A DNA stretch of 64,000 bases from Acidobacteriota bacterium (GTDB lineage Bacteria; Acidobacteriota; Blastocatellia; Pyrinomonadales; Pyrinomonadaceae). The DNA is taken from the NCBI GenBank assembly GCA_031431415.1, contig JANPDK010000096.1, positions 157-64,156 on the forward strand, read 5' to 3'. Numbering within the stretch: position 1 is the stretch's first letter; each line of letters starts with the position of its first letter. A program made the position numbers and the translations under genes. The notes under the pieces are model-generated. The model was not told the origin of the DNA, searched no databases, and saw nothing but the letters and a program-made list of their open reading frames with translations. This document shows, piece after piece, positions 1 through 9,613 of this stretch.

Positions 1-1599
1 CTTGAGATTCGCACGCAGGAAGGCGAAACCGTCGAGGTCGGCACTGTTGTCGCGATCGTCGGCGAAGAAGGCGAGGTCTCAGCGGCAGATGCAGCAGCAC
101 CGGCAGTCGCCGAGGTCGAAATGACCACCGCATCAGAACCAGAACCCGAAGCGATTCCAGTGGAACCGGTCGTAGCAGCACCGGCAGTGGCAGAAACGCC
201 TGTTGGACCGACTGCTCCTCCTGCTACTGCTTCTGCCGCTGCTACTGCTACTGGTTCAGCCGCTGAGGTCGTCATGCCCCAAATGGGCGAATCCATCACC
301 GAAGGCACCGTCTCAAAATGGCTCAAAGCCGTAGGCGACAAGATCGAAAAGGACGAGCCGCTGCTTGAAATATCGACCGACAAAGTTGATGCTGAAGTTC
401 CTTCACCTGCGGCCGGAACGCTGCTCGCGATCAATGTTCAGGAAGGCGAAACGGTCGAGGTCGGTTCGGTTTTGGCATTGGTTGGCGCCGAGGGCACGGT
501 TGGCGGTCCGGCTGTCGCGAAAACCGAGCCGCAGCAAATGGCTGCCGCGGCGGAGTCACCCAATGGAAGTGGAGATGAGAAAGCTATGGCGGCAGCAGTC
601 GCGACTCCGCACTCCGCACTCCGCACTCCGCACTCGTTAGATGAACTTCGCCGAACAAAGTCGAGCCCATTGGTCCGCAACATCGCAAAAGAACATGGCA
701 TCGACATCACACGTATCCCGGGCAGCGGAATAAGTGGACGTGTGACAAAGGACGACATCCTTTCGTTCCTCGAAACTGGTGCAGCTCTTAGGCCGCAAGA
801 TCTGCTGGTAAAAGGTGCTCCAACGATGACTAACGTCTCAGCGTCGGCGACGAAACCCACACCGGTATTCACACCGCCGAAAGGCCCGATCCAGACAGAA
901 GACCGCATCGAGAAAATGTCGGTGATGCGTAAGAAGATCGCTGAGCACATGACTTTCTCCAAACAAACTTCGGCCCATGTGACGAGCGTTTATGAGATCG
1001 ACATGACCAATGTCGCGAAATTCCGCACAGCGAATCAGGCTGTGTTTCAGGCCAAATTTGGCACCAAGCTGACCTTTATGCCGTTCATCTTTCAGGCCGT
1101 AACGGCGGCGATCCGCGAGCATCGCATTGTCAATTCGCAGGTCGATGGTGACAATATCGTTTACAAGGGCGATATCAATCTCGGCATGGCCGTCGCTCTC
1201 GACTGGGGCCTGATCGTACCTGTGATTCGCAATGCCGAGACGCTGTCACTCGCCGAAATTGCGGTCAAGGCAAACGACCTTGCCGATCGTGCCCGTACCA
1301 AGAAACTCAGCCCCGACGAAGTTCAGGGCGGGACATTTACAATCACTAATCCCGGCGTTTTCGGTGGCCTTTACGGCACACCGATCATTAATCAGCCGCA
1401 GGTCGCGATCCTCTGCGTTGGCACGATCGAAAAGCGGGCGAAAGTAATGACCTCAGCCGACGGCGACGATTACATCGCGATCCGTCAGATGGCGTATTTC
1501 GCATTGACATACGATCATCGGGTTGTTGACGGTGCGGATGCCGAAAGGTTTTTGGCTTATCTCAAGACTTATCTTGAACAAGCACCGTTCGCGATCTGA
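1..1599 (+). CDS. 2-oxo acid dehydrogenase E2 component (dihydrolipoamide acyltransferase), 5' end outside window
   Basis: Frame 1 is open from nt 1 (LEIRTQEGETVEVGTVVAIVGEEGE, the tail of a first lipoyl domain). It is followed by a second lipoyl domain (VVMPQMGESITEGTVSKWLK..ISTDKVDAEVPS), an E3-binding domain (SPLVRNIAKEHGIDITRIPGSGISGRVTKDD) and the catalytic motif LTYDHRVVDGADAERF. Confidence 0.9.
   Translation, partial: LEIRTQEGETVEVGTVVAIVGEEGEVSAADAAAPAVAEVEMTTASEPEPEAIPVEPVVAAPAVAETPVGPTAPPATASAAATATGSAAEVVMPQMGESITEGTVSKWLKAVGDKIEKDEPLLEISTDKVDAEVPSPAAGTLLAINVQEGETVEVGSVLALVGAEGTVGGPAVAKTEPQQMAAAAESPNGSGDEKAMAAAVATPHSALRTPHSLDELRRTKSSPLVRNIAKEHGIDITRIPGSGISGRVTKDDILSFLETGAALRPQDLLVKGAPTMTNVSASATKPTPVFTPPKGPIQTEDRIEKMSVMRKKIAEHMTFSKQTSAHVTSVYEIDMTNVAKFRTANQAVFQAKFGTKLTFMPFIFQAVTAAIREHRIVNSQVDGDNIVYKGDINLGMAVALDWGLIVPVIRNAETLSLAEIAVKANDLADRARTKKLSPDEVQGGTFTITNPGVFGGLYGTPIINQPQVAILCVGTIEKRAKVMTSADGDDYIAIRQMAYFALTYDHRVVDGADAERFLAYLKTYLEQAPFAI
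604..636. repeat. 7-bp tandem repeat ACTCCGC x4.7 inside the E2 linker
   Basis: Direct reading: ACTCCGC ACTCCGC ACTCCGC ACTCCGC ACTCG. It translates in frame as TPHSALRTPHS. Confidence 0.95.
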
Positions 1600-1879
1600 G
1601 ACAAGCCTGCTTTTATCGGCTTTTTGCGTAAATAAATGTTGTTGGAAAAGGTTCGGTTTTGCTGTATCCTATAGATATTGAGTTCGTTTGGCCGCTCCCA
1701 TATTAGGCCGTTTCTTCCGTTTGTGGTTGGCGACGTATTGCCGCCATTTGCTTTTTCCGGTGAGGTTCACCAATGACTTCGGCATTGAGGACAACATTCG
1801 GCTACAACCTTCGCGGCATTAGCCGCGTCAAATCTGCCGGAGTCTTTTCGATCCTAAAGCTTTCATACAGGAGTTGATC

Positions 1880-2830
1880 ATGTTCAAAAAAATCTCAATT
1901 TTAGTGTTGTCACTCGCCATCGGTGCGGTTGGCGTTTTTGCCCAGAATGCTCAGCTTCGCTCGGCCGTTGCAGGCCAGAAATACAAGATCAAGGGCGTCG
2001 TCGTTAGCAAAATAGATGACACCACCTACATTATCAATGATTCGGTCGGCGTCGACACCAAGATCGTAGTATCGCCAGGTGCCAGCATTAAGCACAATGG
2101 CTTTTTTGGCGGCGATAAATATCCTGTCTCGGCTCTGGTAAAGGGCTTGACCATGGAGGTCGAAGGTGTTGGTGATAGCTCGGGTAGCGTAATGGTAAAC
2201 AAGGTTCGCTTTGAAAAAGCCAACCTGGTCGCTGCTCAGGCGCTCGACAAACGCGTGGCGCCAGTCGAGGAGCGGGTCACCGCCGCTGAGCAGAACGCCC
2301 AGCGTATTTCTGGCCAGATAGACGAACTGATGGCAATCTCAAACGCTGCAAAGGGCGGTGCGAAAGCTGCTCAGGACACGGCCGATGCCGCTGTAGCCGG
2401 CGTTAACGAGACAAATAAGCGCATCTCAACCATGGATGATTACGTCATTCAATCGACCGCGACGGTAAATTTTAAGGTAAACAGTGCTGTTCTTTCCGCT
2501 GAAGCAAAATCTTCGCTTGATCAGGTAGCCGCCACCGCCAAGACGCTCAAGGGCTATGTGATAGACGTTACCGGTTACGCCTCTGCTGAGGGCGACGCTA
2601 AGAAAAACAAGGCTCTCAGCCAAAGGCGTGCTCTTGCGGTCAAAGAATACCTGATCGAGAATCACGACATCGATCTTCGCAGATTCCCGGAATCGTATGG
2701 CTTTGGTGAAATGAAGGCCGTAGCCGACAACACCACCCGCGAAGGCCGCGAGCAGAACCGCCGCGTCGAGGTCAAATTGCTTATCAACCGAGGTCTCAAC
2801 ACAAACGTTGAGATCAAAACCTCGAACTAA
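1880..2830 (+). CDS. OmpA-family protein with signal peptide
   Basis: AGGAG lies 6 nt before ATG 1880. Signal peptide MFKKISILVLSLAIGAVGVFAQ. C-terminal OmpA-like domain (NSAVLS..ALSQRRALAVKEYL..NRRVEVKLL). Confidence 0.85.
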   Translation: MFKKISILVLSLAIGAVGVFAQNAQLRSAVAGQKYKIKGVVVSKIDDTTYIINDSVGVDTKIVVSPGASIKHNGFFGGDKYPVSALVKGLTMEVEGVGDSSGSVMVNKVRFEKANLVAAQALDKRVAPVEERVTAAEQNAQRISGQIDELMAISNAAKGGAKAAQDTADAAVAGVNETNKRISTMDDYVIQSTATVNFKVNSAVLSAEAKSSLDQVAATAKTLKGYVIDVTGYASAEGDAKKNKALSQRRALAVKEYLIENHDIDLRRFPESYGFGEMKAVADNTTREGREQNRRVEVKLLINRGLNTNVEIKTSN

Positions 2831-2932
2831 CTTGTTCATCCGTGAAACGAGGGCGTAACGCGTGGCTGAGATCTATTTACTCAGCCACGCCAAGCCCTCA
2901 TTCTTTTTGTCGCCAGTTCGTATAATATTGCC

Positions 2933-4042
2933 ATGCCAAGTCAGCCTTTCAGATTCGGAATAGTCGGTGTCGTGATACTTACCTGCATGTCGGCCGCATT
3001 TGGGCAAACTCCTACTCCAAAGCCGACACCCGATGACGAGGTGATCAAGGTCGATTCGCGGCTGATCGTTGTGCCCGTGTCTGTTACAGATGCAAACGGC
3101 CAAGCCGTTACGGGTCTTACAGCTGCTGATTTTCGGATCGCCGAAGAAGGCCGTCAGCAGTCGATCGAGAGCCTAGGCAGTGCAGATATCGTGCCGCTCG
3201 AGATCGCCCTGCTATTCGATGTCTCGGCGAGCACCGACCCGATGTTTCGGTTTGAGCAAGAGACGGCCGCAAAGTTTCTCCGCGAGGTGATGCGTGCCGA
3301 CGATAGAGCGACCATATTTACTATCGGCCAGACACCATCTTTGGTCCAGAGCCGCGAGACGGCCGAAAAGGCGATCGACAGCATCTTCCGGCTAGAGACA
3401 ACCAAGGGAGCTACTGCGTTCTTCGATACCGTTAAGTTTGCAGCCGATCACCTGCGAAAAAACTCGCCCGAAGGCCGCCGGCGTGTCATTGTAATCATCT
3501 CGGACGGTGAAGACAATTTTAGTGTCGGTGTTCAAAAGGCACAGCGTGCGGCAGAAAGCCGTCTGGTCGAAAAGGGGCCGGATCCCGAATTTAAGAAGCT
3601 GGGAAAGATCATCGTTCAGGCTCAGGAGATGGCAAAGACTGAGGAGCGGCAACGAGTATTACGCTCGCTACAGGACGCGGATATTGTTCACTATTCCATA
3701 AACCCTGCGGGTAGTTCTTATCTTCTAAACAAGATCAGCGTGTTTGGCCAGGAAAATATGCAGCGATTTTCCACTGAGACCGGCGGAACCGCGTTTCTGC
3801 CAAAATTCCTGCCCGTAGACACGAAGGATCAATATCAAAATAGCAATAACCGTCGCCAAAACTCGGAGACACTCGAACGTATCTTTCGCCAGCTAGCCAA
3901 CGAGCTACGGTCGCAGTATCTGATCCAGTATTATTCGGAGTCCGGGTTTCCTGCAAACAAATTCGTCAAACTGGATGTCGCCGTACCCGGCCGCGGCAAC
4001 GTGCGTGTGCGTTCGCGACAGGGCTATTACGTCAAGAACTAG
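2933..4042 (+). CDS. VWA domain protein, acidobacterial VWFA-related type
   Basis: Signal peptide, then IKVDSRLIVVPVSVTDANGQAVTGLTAADFRIAEEGRQQ, then a VWA-like core (LLFDVSAST..IISDGEDN). The pattern matches what I know as TIGR03436. Confidence 0.8.
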   Translation: MPSQPFRFGIVGVVILTCMSAAFGQTPTPKPTPDDEVIKVDSRLIVVPVSVTDANGQAVTGLTAADFRIAEEGRQQSIESLGSADIVPLEIALLFDVSASTDPMFRFEQETAAKFLREVMRADDRATIFTIGQTPSLVQSRETAEKAIDSIFRLETTKGATAFFDTVKFAADHLRKNSPEGRRRVIVIISDGEDNFSVGVQKAQRAAESRLVEKGPDPEFKKLGKIIVQAQEMAKTEERQRVLRSLQDADIVHYSINPAGSSYLLNKISVFGQENMQRFSTETGGTAFLPKFLPVDTKDQYQNSNNRRQNSETLERIFRQLANELRSQYLIQYYSESGFPANKFVKLDVAVPGRGNVRVRSRQGYYVKN

Positions 4043-4614
4043 CTGTCACTGCTTTCGCCGGCCATTACTTTCATCTTGCCCATTTCAAAATTTGATGGCT
4101 GGCGTTGCGGTGCGACTTCGCCCTGAACTCCCATGGGTTTGGTATTGCTGTTCGCCTTTGAATTTGTGTTCCTTGGCGTCGGGGCTGCTATCGCTCCCAT
4201 CGTGTGCATCTCAGGCGTCGGGGTGGCAAAGGGGATAGCTACGAGTTTTCCTACGATCGTCTTCTGCTTCGAAAAAGCCGAAACAAACAACACGCCCGTA
4301 AACAAAGCCATCAAAAGCGAGGCCACAGCCGTCGCCCACAGCTTGGTTCGCTGTTTAACCTTGGCCCAACCAACCGGACAATCCGCCGTGATCACGCTGC
4401 CATCGGTACGCTTGTAAAACCGCACGCAAAGCCGCCCCTCGGCGTTCATCACCAACTTCTCAGCCTCATCCCGCGTCATGCCAGAGAGGTTGTAAACGTT
4501 GAGTTTGCAATCGCCGCAAAACCGCTTGCGGTCATCGCCATACATCTCATTCCAATCCGCACTACACGGACTCGCGACCGATAAATTATTCAAAGGACTG
4601 TCGAATCTAGGCAT
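4039..4614 (-). CDS. Cys-rich membrane-anchored hypothetical protein
   Basis: 191-aa ORF with CSADW..FCGDCKLNVYNLSGMTRDEA..LCVRFY..DC and one TM helix (LWATAVASLLMALFTGVLFVSAF). Its stop overlaps the convergent VWA gene stop. Confidence 0.6.
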   Translation of the reverse strand: MPRFDSPLNNLSVASPCSADWNEMYGDDRKRFCGDCKLNVYNLSGMTRDEAEKLVMNAEGRLCVRFYKRTDGSVITADCPVGWAKVKQRTKLWATAVASLLMALFTGVLFVSAFSKQKTIVGKLVAIPFATPTPEMHTMGAIAAPTPRNTNSKANSNTKPMGVQGEVAPQRQPSNFEMGKMKVMAGESSDS

Positions 4615-4702
4615 ATAAGAACTCCGTTCAATAAAATGCAGCGTTTGCTGTTGAGTATTGAACGAGGTCTGAAGGAAAAACTTGCACTATAGTTAAGCTA
4701 AA

Positions 4703-4960
4703 TTACTTTCTAACAGTCTGAGGGGTGTCCGAAATGATCGGGATCAGTCGCCGGAGTGCCTTATTAATAGAGATGGAGTCAGGGAAGTGCTCACGAACGT
4801 CGGGTTCGATCGCGGCAAAGTAGTCATCACTTACCAAACGGTCGCCGTCGAAAATACGTACCGAATGACCTGCCTTGTAAGCCGTGGCGTACCTCCCCTT
4901 AATTGCTGCTTTGTCAGTGAAATCGTACTCAGCCAACATTTCATCGTCTTTGTTCTTCAT
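4703..4960 (-). CDS. putative antitoxin partner of BrnT (BrnA position)
   Basis: 85-aa ORF overlapping the 3' end of the BrnT gene by 20 nt in the toxin-then-antitoxin order typical of BrnTA. It has an EYDFTDKAAIKGRY motif. Confidence 0.55.
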   Translation of the reverse strand: MKNKDDEMLAEYDFTDKAAIKGRYATAYKAGHSVRIFDGDRLVSDDYFAAIEPDVREHFPDSISINKALRRLIPIISDTPQTVRK

Positions 4961-5240
4961 AAACTAATCGCTCTTTAGCCGTTGCCCTTCGACTACTAAT
5001 TATTCTGATGATAATTCTCGAGTCCGCGTCGTCCACTTCGGTATGAACAACCAACAACATTCTATCAATTGATGACTTACCAATGCTGATATATCGCTCT
5101 TCGCGTTCAGAATGGGACTCGTCAGCGTATGTGACAAGTGACTCATCTTCAAAAACGGATTTCGCCTCTTCGAAGCTTACCTTGTGTTTTCGTAGATTCG
5201 ATCTAGCTTTGCTAAGATCCCATTCAAAGATCAATTCCAT
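4941..5240 (-). CDS. brnT: BrnT-family (DUF497) toxin
   Basis: FEWDLSKARSNLRKHKVSFEEAKSVFED..YISIGKS..LLVVHTE..IRIISSRRATAKE matches the DUF497/BrnT pattern. Confidence 0.85.
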   Translation of the reverse strand: MELIFEWDLSKARSNLRKHKVSFEEAKSVFEDESLVTYADESHSEREERYISIGKSSIDRMLLVVHTEVDDADSRIIIRIISSRRATAKERLVYEEQRR

Positions 5241-5258
5241 CGCCCAATATCATACCAC

Positions 5259-6926
5259 TCAAGGTAAAATCCTCCGATATTTATGCGTGATCGGCCTACG
5301 CCTGCCAACCCCGATCGCGTTCTTCGAAATGATCAACGTCGGCGGCAATTGCTGCCTTTTAAACTCATTCGCTGGATGCTCGACTTTGTTCAGGATCCAA
5401 AAAACTCGCTCGGCATCGTGGCCGGCAGCGATTATTTCGGCGGGGGAGGCTTTTTGTTCGAAGTACATTTGCAGGATCGGGTCCATCACTTCGTACGGCG
5501 GCAGGCTGTCCTGGTCGAATTGGTTCGGGGCAAGCTCGGCAGACGGTTTTTTGTCGATAATCTTGTTTGGAACGATCTCGCGTCCGGCTTTTTCGTTCAT
5601 GTGCCGGGCGATCTGCCAGACTTCGGTCTTTAGGACATCGCCAAGCACGGCGAGCCCTCCGTTGGTGTCGCCGTAGAGCGTGCAGTAGCCGACGGCGAGT
5701 TCGCTTTTGTTGCCGGTCGAAAGGAGCAATCTTCCCTCGGCATTTGATATCGCCATGAGGATCACGCCGCGAAGCCGCGATTGCATATTTTCGGCCGCCA
5801 GCGACTCGCCGCCCCTAGTCGGCTTGTGCAATTCCATCTGTTTGAGCAGAACTTCGAACGTATCTGAGATCGGCTCGATGCGGCTTTCGCAGCCGAGGTT
5901 TCGGATCAGCTCTTCGCTGTCCTTGATACTGCCCTGGGATGAGAATGGCGATGGCATCATTACGCATACCAGGTTTTCCGCACCCATCGCTTCACAGGCG
6001 AGTGCGGCCACGAGTGTTGAATCAATACCACCGCTCAAACCGAGAACAGCTTTCTTAAACCCATTCTTAGCCGCATAATCGCGTATCCCGAGCACCAACG
6101 CCTTGTGTATCGAATCGACCTCGCCGCCCGTAATTCCGCGGGCATCGGGCTTTCGCACATCGAGTTCGACCGTCTCGACAAACTCCTCAAACGCCGCCGC
6201 CTGCAAGATGATATCGCCCTGTTCGTCCGCGATCAGACTCGCTCCATCAAAGATAATGCCGTCGTTGCCACCAACCAGATTCACAAAAACGATCGGCCGC
6301 TTTTGTAGCTTGGCACGATGCGCGACCATGTCGCAGCGTAGTCGGATCTTGCCTTTGTTATAGGGCGAAGCATTCACCGAGACGATAATGTCGGCTCCCA
6401 TCGCCAGAACTTCGTCGGTCGGGTCGCTCTCGTACAAACGCTCCTTCCAGAACGTCTTGTCGTTCCAAAAATCCTCACAGACAACCACGCCAAGCTTTAC
6501 ACCATTGACCTCAAACAAACGCCTGTTCCGCCCGTCGCTCGGCTCAAAATATCGCGGATCGTCAAAAACATCGTATTCCGGCAGGAGAGTCTTATCCGCA
6601 AAACCAAGCAATTCTCCATTCGATATCACCGCCGCCGAATTGTATAAACGCCTGCCGTCCGTGTCGTCGTTCCGCCTGATCGTCCCCAAGACCGCCGTTA
6701 TACCAATCGTCGCCGGAATAATTTCCCTGAGCGGATCGCCCACATGCTCAATAATATCGCGGTCCTGAAACCAATCCTGCGAAGTATACCCATGCGTAAC
6801 AACCTCAGGAAAAACAACCAGATCCGAACCATCGCTCTTTGCTTTTTCAATAGCAGCGATGATCTTCGAAACATTCCCGGCAATATCGCCGTTGGTCGTG
6901 TTGATCTGGGCGATAGTGACTCGCAT
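5259..6926 (-). CDS. nadE: glutamine-dependent NAD+ synthetase
   Basis: N-terminal CN-hydrolase domain (RVTIAQINTTNGDIAGN..VVCEDFW) and C-terminal NAD synthetase domain (GLSGGIDSTLVAALA). The ORF-track start at 6971 lies in a repeat arm, so ATG 6926 (MRVTIAQ) is preferred. Confidence 0.9.
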   Translation of the reverse strand: MRVTIAQINTTNGDIAGNVSKIIAAIEKAKSDGSDLVVFPEVVTHGYTSQDWFQDRDIIEHVGDPLREIIPATIGITAVLGTIRRNDDTDGRRLYNSAAVISNGELLGFADKTLLPEYDVFDDPRYFEPSDGRNRRLFEVNGVKLGVVVCEDFWNDKTFWKERLYESDPTDEVLAMGADIIVSVNASPYNKGKIRLRCDMVAHRAKLQKRPIVFVNLVGGNDGIIFDGASLIADEQGDIILQAAAFEEFVETVELDVRKPDARGITGGEVDSIHKALVLGIRDYAAKNGFKKAVLGLSGGIDSTLVAALACEAMGAENLVCVMMPSPFSSQGSIKDSEELIRNLGCESRIEPISDTFEVLLKQMELHKPTRGGESLAAENMQSRLRGVILMAISNAEGRLLLSTGNKSELAVGYCTLYGDTNGGLAVLGDVLKTEVWQIARHMNEKAGREIVPNKIIDKKPSAELAPNQFDQDSLPPYEVMDPILQMYFEQKASPAEIIAAGHDAERVFWILNKVEHPANEFKRQQLPPTLIISKNAIGVGRRRPITHKYRRILP

Positions 6927-6933
6927 AGTAAAG

Positions 6934-7036
6934 TATTTACCGCAGAGACGCAGAGTCGCGGAGGAAAACAAAACCGCTGGAATAGACCAAATAAAATCTC
7001 ATTTGCTCTGCGTCTCGGCGTCTCTGCGGTTTTCAC
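6934..7036. repeat. word-repeat palindromic element (word GCAGAGA / TCTCTGC)
   Basis: TATTTACCGCAGAGACGCAGAGTCGCGGAGG ..loop.. TGCTCTGCGTCTCGGCGTCTCTGCGGTTTTCAC. The arms are reverse complements of each other. Confidence 0.8.
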
Positions 7037-7814
7037 TTCGCTTCACCATCGTCAACCGATTTCCGCGCTCGTTGTATTGAACCTCGTCCATGATGTTGTA
7101 GATGAAGAGAACGCCGCGACCGCTGGTTTTGAAGAGGTTTTCGGGGTCGAGCGGATCAGGAATGTTGTTCACGTCGAAGCCCTCGCCCTCGTCCTCGATG
7201 GTGAACTTGGCCTCAGCCTTTGAGACCTCGGCGATGATGCGAACCAGTTTTTGAGCGTCAAATTTATTGCCGTGTTTCACCGCATTCACAAAGGCTTCGT
7301 CGAGGGCGACAAAGAGGTTTGACTCCTCGGGTTTGATAACGCCGAGCTTTTCGACCCGTTTCATCAGATACTCGAGCACGATATGCATCGTCGAGATCGC
7401 GGACGGCAGCTCAAACTCAATATACTCGTGGAGATCGGCAACAGTCTCGATCGTATCGACAAAGCGTATCTTGTAGTCGAGCACGGTCGCGACAAGATTC
7501 TTGAGCTCTTCTTCGTCAAAATTATCACGGCGATAGTTTGAAGCACACAGCTTAAAAGCCTTTACATGCTCCTTCGCCGAGACCGCAGGAAAATCCGGCA
7601 GGCAAACAGGCTCGTCGATATTTACCGAGGCCTCGTCGCCGTGTCGCACATCGAGGTCGGTGATGACGAGGTCGTAACCTTCCATGTTCTTGATCGACAT
7701 CGCAGCACGGCGGCTATCGACGATATTGACCGTATGCCCGACGTGCATAAAAACCTCTTCGAGCGCCGTTGCGAGGTCGTCGTGGTCGTCAATGATAAGG
7801 ATTTGTCGCTGCAT
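6999..7814 (-). CDS. response-regulator receiver domain fused to RsbW-like GHKL Ser-kinase domain
   Basis: REC domain (ILIIDDHDDLA..YDLVITDLDV) plus a C-terminal HATPase of anti-sigma type (VNAVKHGN..FTIEDEGEGFD..SGRGV). The C-terminal tail SENRRDAETQSK is encoded by the repeat arm. Confidence 0.8.
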   Translation of the reverse strand: MQRQILIIDDHDDLATALEEVFMHVGHTVNIVDSRRAAMSIKNMEGYDLVITDLDVRHGDEASVNIDEPVCLPDFPAVSAKEHVKAFKLCASNYRRDNFDEEELKNLVATVLDYKIRFVDTIETVADLHEYIEFELPSAISTMHIVLEYLMKRVEKLGVIKPEESNLFVALDEAFVNAVKHGNKFDAQKLVRIIAEVSKAEAKFTIEDEGEGFDVNNIPDPLDPENLFKTSGRGVLFIYNIMDEVQYNERGNRLTMVKRSENRRDAETQSK

Positions 7815-7902
7815 AAAGCGAGGGAAAGTGCTACTGACAAGTACGATTGAGCTAATACCGTTGTTGCAAATAATACCCCAAATTGGTAGATATCTTCTAA
7901 CT

Positions 7903-8613
7903 GTGCCAGAACAAAACGATCAAGTTTATAAGTTTGTCTCGCTGTCGAACTACTCATTTAAGAAACGGGTATTGATTCGGGTCATCGATGTTGCATTCTT
8001 TTCATTCATCAAAATTCTCGGACGGCTGTCTCGATTTGAGATACAAGGGCTTGAGCGGTTCGACTCGATCATTTCTGACGGTAAGCTGCCGATCCTCGCC
8101 GTTTGGCACGACCGCATTTTGCTCTCAGGATACTTCTGGCAAAAGCGTGGTATCGGTGTCTTGATCTCGCAAAGCACTGATGGCGAGGCTATCGCACGTT
8201 CGTCTCAAAGACTTGGCTATGGTGTGATCCGCGGCTCATCATCTCGCGGAGGAGCTCAAGCTCTGGCCGACATGGTTCGCGCTATGGAGAACGGATTGCC
8301 AATGTCGATGACCGTCGATGGTCCCCGCGGACCGCGATACGTGGCAAAGATCGGCTCAGTCAGTCTTGCTAAAAAGACCGGAAACCCGATACTGCCGTTT
8401 GTAATCGAACCGAAGAAGATTTGGACATTAAAAAGCTGGGACAGAATGCAGATACCCAAACCGCTTTCGCGTGCTGTCGTCATCATCGGGCAGCCGATCT
8501 ATGTTGCTAAAGACGCATCGAGCGCGGAGGTAGAGGCAAAGCTTGGCGAACTGCAAACATCTCTCGATGATCTTGTGGAGCGCGGCAAAGCGTGGAGCGG
8601 ACGCCTGACCTAA
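7903..8613 (+). CDS. DUF374 / lysophospholipid acyltransferase family protein
   Basis: LPILAVWHDRILLSGYFWQKRGIGVLISQSTDGEAIARSSQRLGYGVIRGSSSRGG matches DUF374. The ORF-track start at 7684 overlaps the opposite-strand gene, so the in-frame GTG 7903 is taken as start (uncertain). Confidence 0.7.
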   Translation: MPEQNDQVYKFVSLSNYSFKKRVLIRVIDVAFFSFIKILGRLSRFEIQGLERFDSIISDGKLPILAVWHDRILLSGYFWQKRGIGVLISQSTDGEAIARSSQRLGYGVIRGSSSRGGAQALADMVRAMENGLPMSMTVDGPRGPRYVAKIGSVSLAKKTGNPILPFVIEPKKIWTLKSWDRMQIPKPLSRAVVIIGQPIYVAKDASSAEVEAKLGELQTSLDDLVERGKAWSGRLT

Positions 8614-9578
8614 CCGATCGCATCCTCGATCGTTTCAACCGGTTCCGCCGACAAAAAATTCGCCGCCAACAGCACATAACTGATCCAAATTGAATCAGCC
8701 AACAACAGATGCCCAAGCTGCATTACTATCGGAGCGAGCATAAAAAGCGTGGCAGAACCAACCGCTAGTTGGGCCAAAACGAGCAGCGACAGTACGTTTG
8801 ACCACCGCACCACGCCCTTTTCTTTGCCGCTCTCCTTAGCGAGCCAGCTGGTCAAGAATATCAAAAACACGCTTGTCAGGATCGCCGTGATCGGATGCAG
8901 CAGGCGTAGCCGGAGCAGAATGTTTGACGTTGGTGAAAAATCCTGTGCGACTCCTGCGGCGATCGTTCCGGCGGGAAAGATCATGTGCGAGAGAGCCGCG
9001 ATCGAACCGCTGATGCCGACAATAAACACTGCGGCCACGCCGATCGCAACCACTGCAATATACTTCTTATCGATATTCCACCTTAGTCTCGCCCCGCCAC
9101 TCGCGTATCGCGCAGTCAGCGTTAGAAACGCCAGCAAAATAAATGTGTTTATCAGATGACCAGCCATCCAAAACGGCCGTTCAGGTGTCAGGTTTTCTGC
9201 CGTGTTTCCTGTCAATACGAGTCCGGCTCCAAGCAGGCCCTCGATAATGACAAAAATAAACGATCCCACAGCCATCCGCAGCGTCAGCCGATCTTGCTCT
9301 CCTTTTTGGCGTCGCCAACGCACAAATGCCCAGATGACTAAAACAACTATCAGGACTCCGGCCATCGAGCTTGTCACCCGATGCGAGAACTCGATCAACG
9401 TTTTTATTTCAGGTGCCGACGGAACAACTTCACCGCCGCATGTCAGCCAATGCTGTCCGCAGCCGTCGCCGCTCTTTGACGCACGGAGGAAAACACCCCA
9501 CAGAATGACGATGACGTTCCACGCCACCACCAGCCACGCGTAGCGTGCAAAATTATTTAGCTTTGTAAAACCACCCAT
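8610..9578 (-). CDS. ctaA: heme A synthase (COX15/CtaA family)
   Basis: Polytopic membrane protein with GDGCGQHWLTCGG and EFSHRVTS motifs. Confidence 0.8.
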   Translation of the reverse strand: MGGFTKLNNFARYAWLVVAWNVIVILWGVFLRASKSGDGCGQHWLTCGGEVVPSAPEIKTLIEFSHRVTSSMAGVLIVVLVIWAFVRWRRQKGEQDRLTLRMAVGSFIFVIIEGLLGAGLVLTGNTAENLTPERPFWMAGHLINTFILLAFLTLTARYASGGARLRWNIDKKYIAVVAIGVAAVFIVGISGSIAALSHMIFPAGTIAAGVAQDFSPTSNILLRLRLLHPITAILTSVFLIFLTSWLAKESGKEKGVVRWSNVLSLLVLAQLAVGSATLFMLAPIVMQLGHLLLADSIWISYVLLAANFLSAEPVETIEDAIG

Positions 9579-9613
9579 TTTGCTTAGAATAGCACTTTCG
9601 TCGCTCCGAAAAA

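Noticed and set aside
6927-6971. N-terminal extensions in the ORF track (nadE from 6971; DUF4870 protein from 43670)
   Set aside because: The extra codons are translations of palindromic element arms. Conserved domain starts coincide with the internal ATGs at 6926 and 43775.
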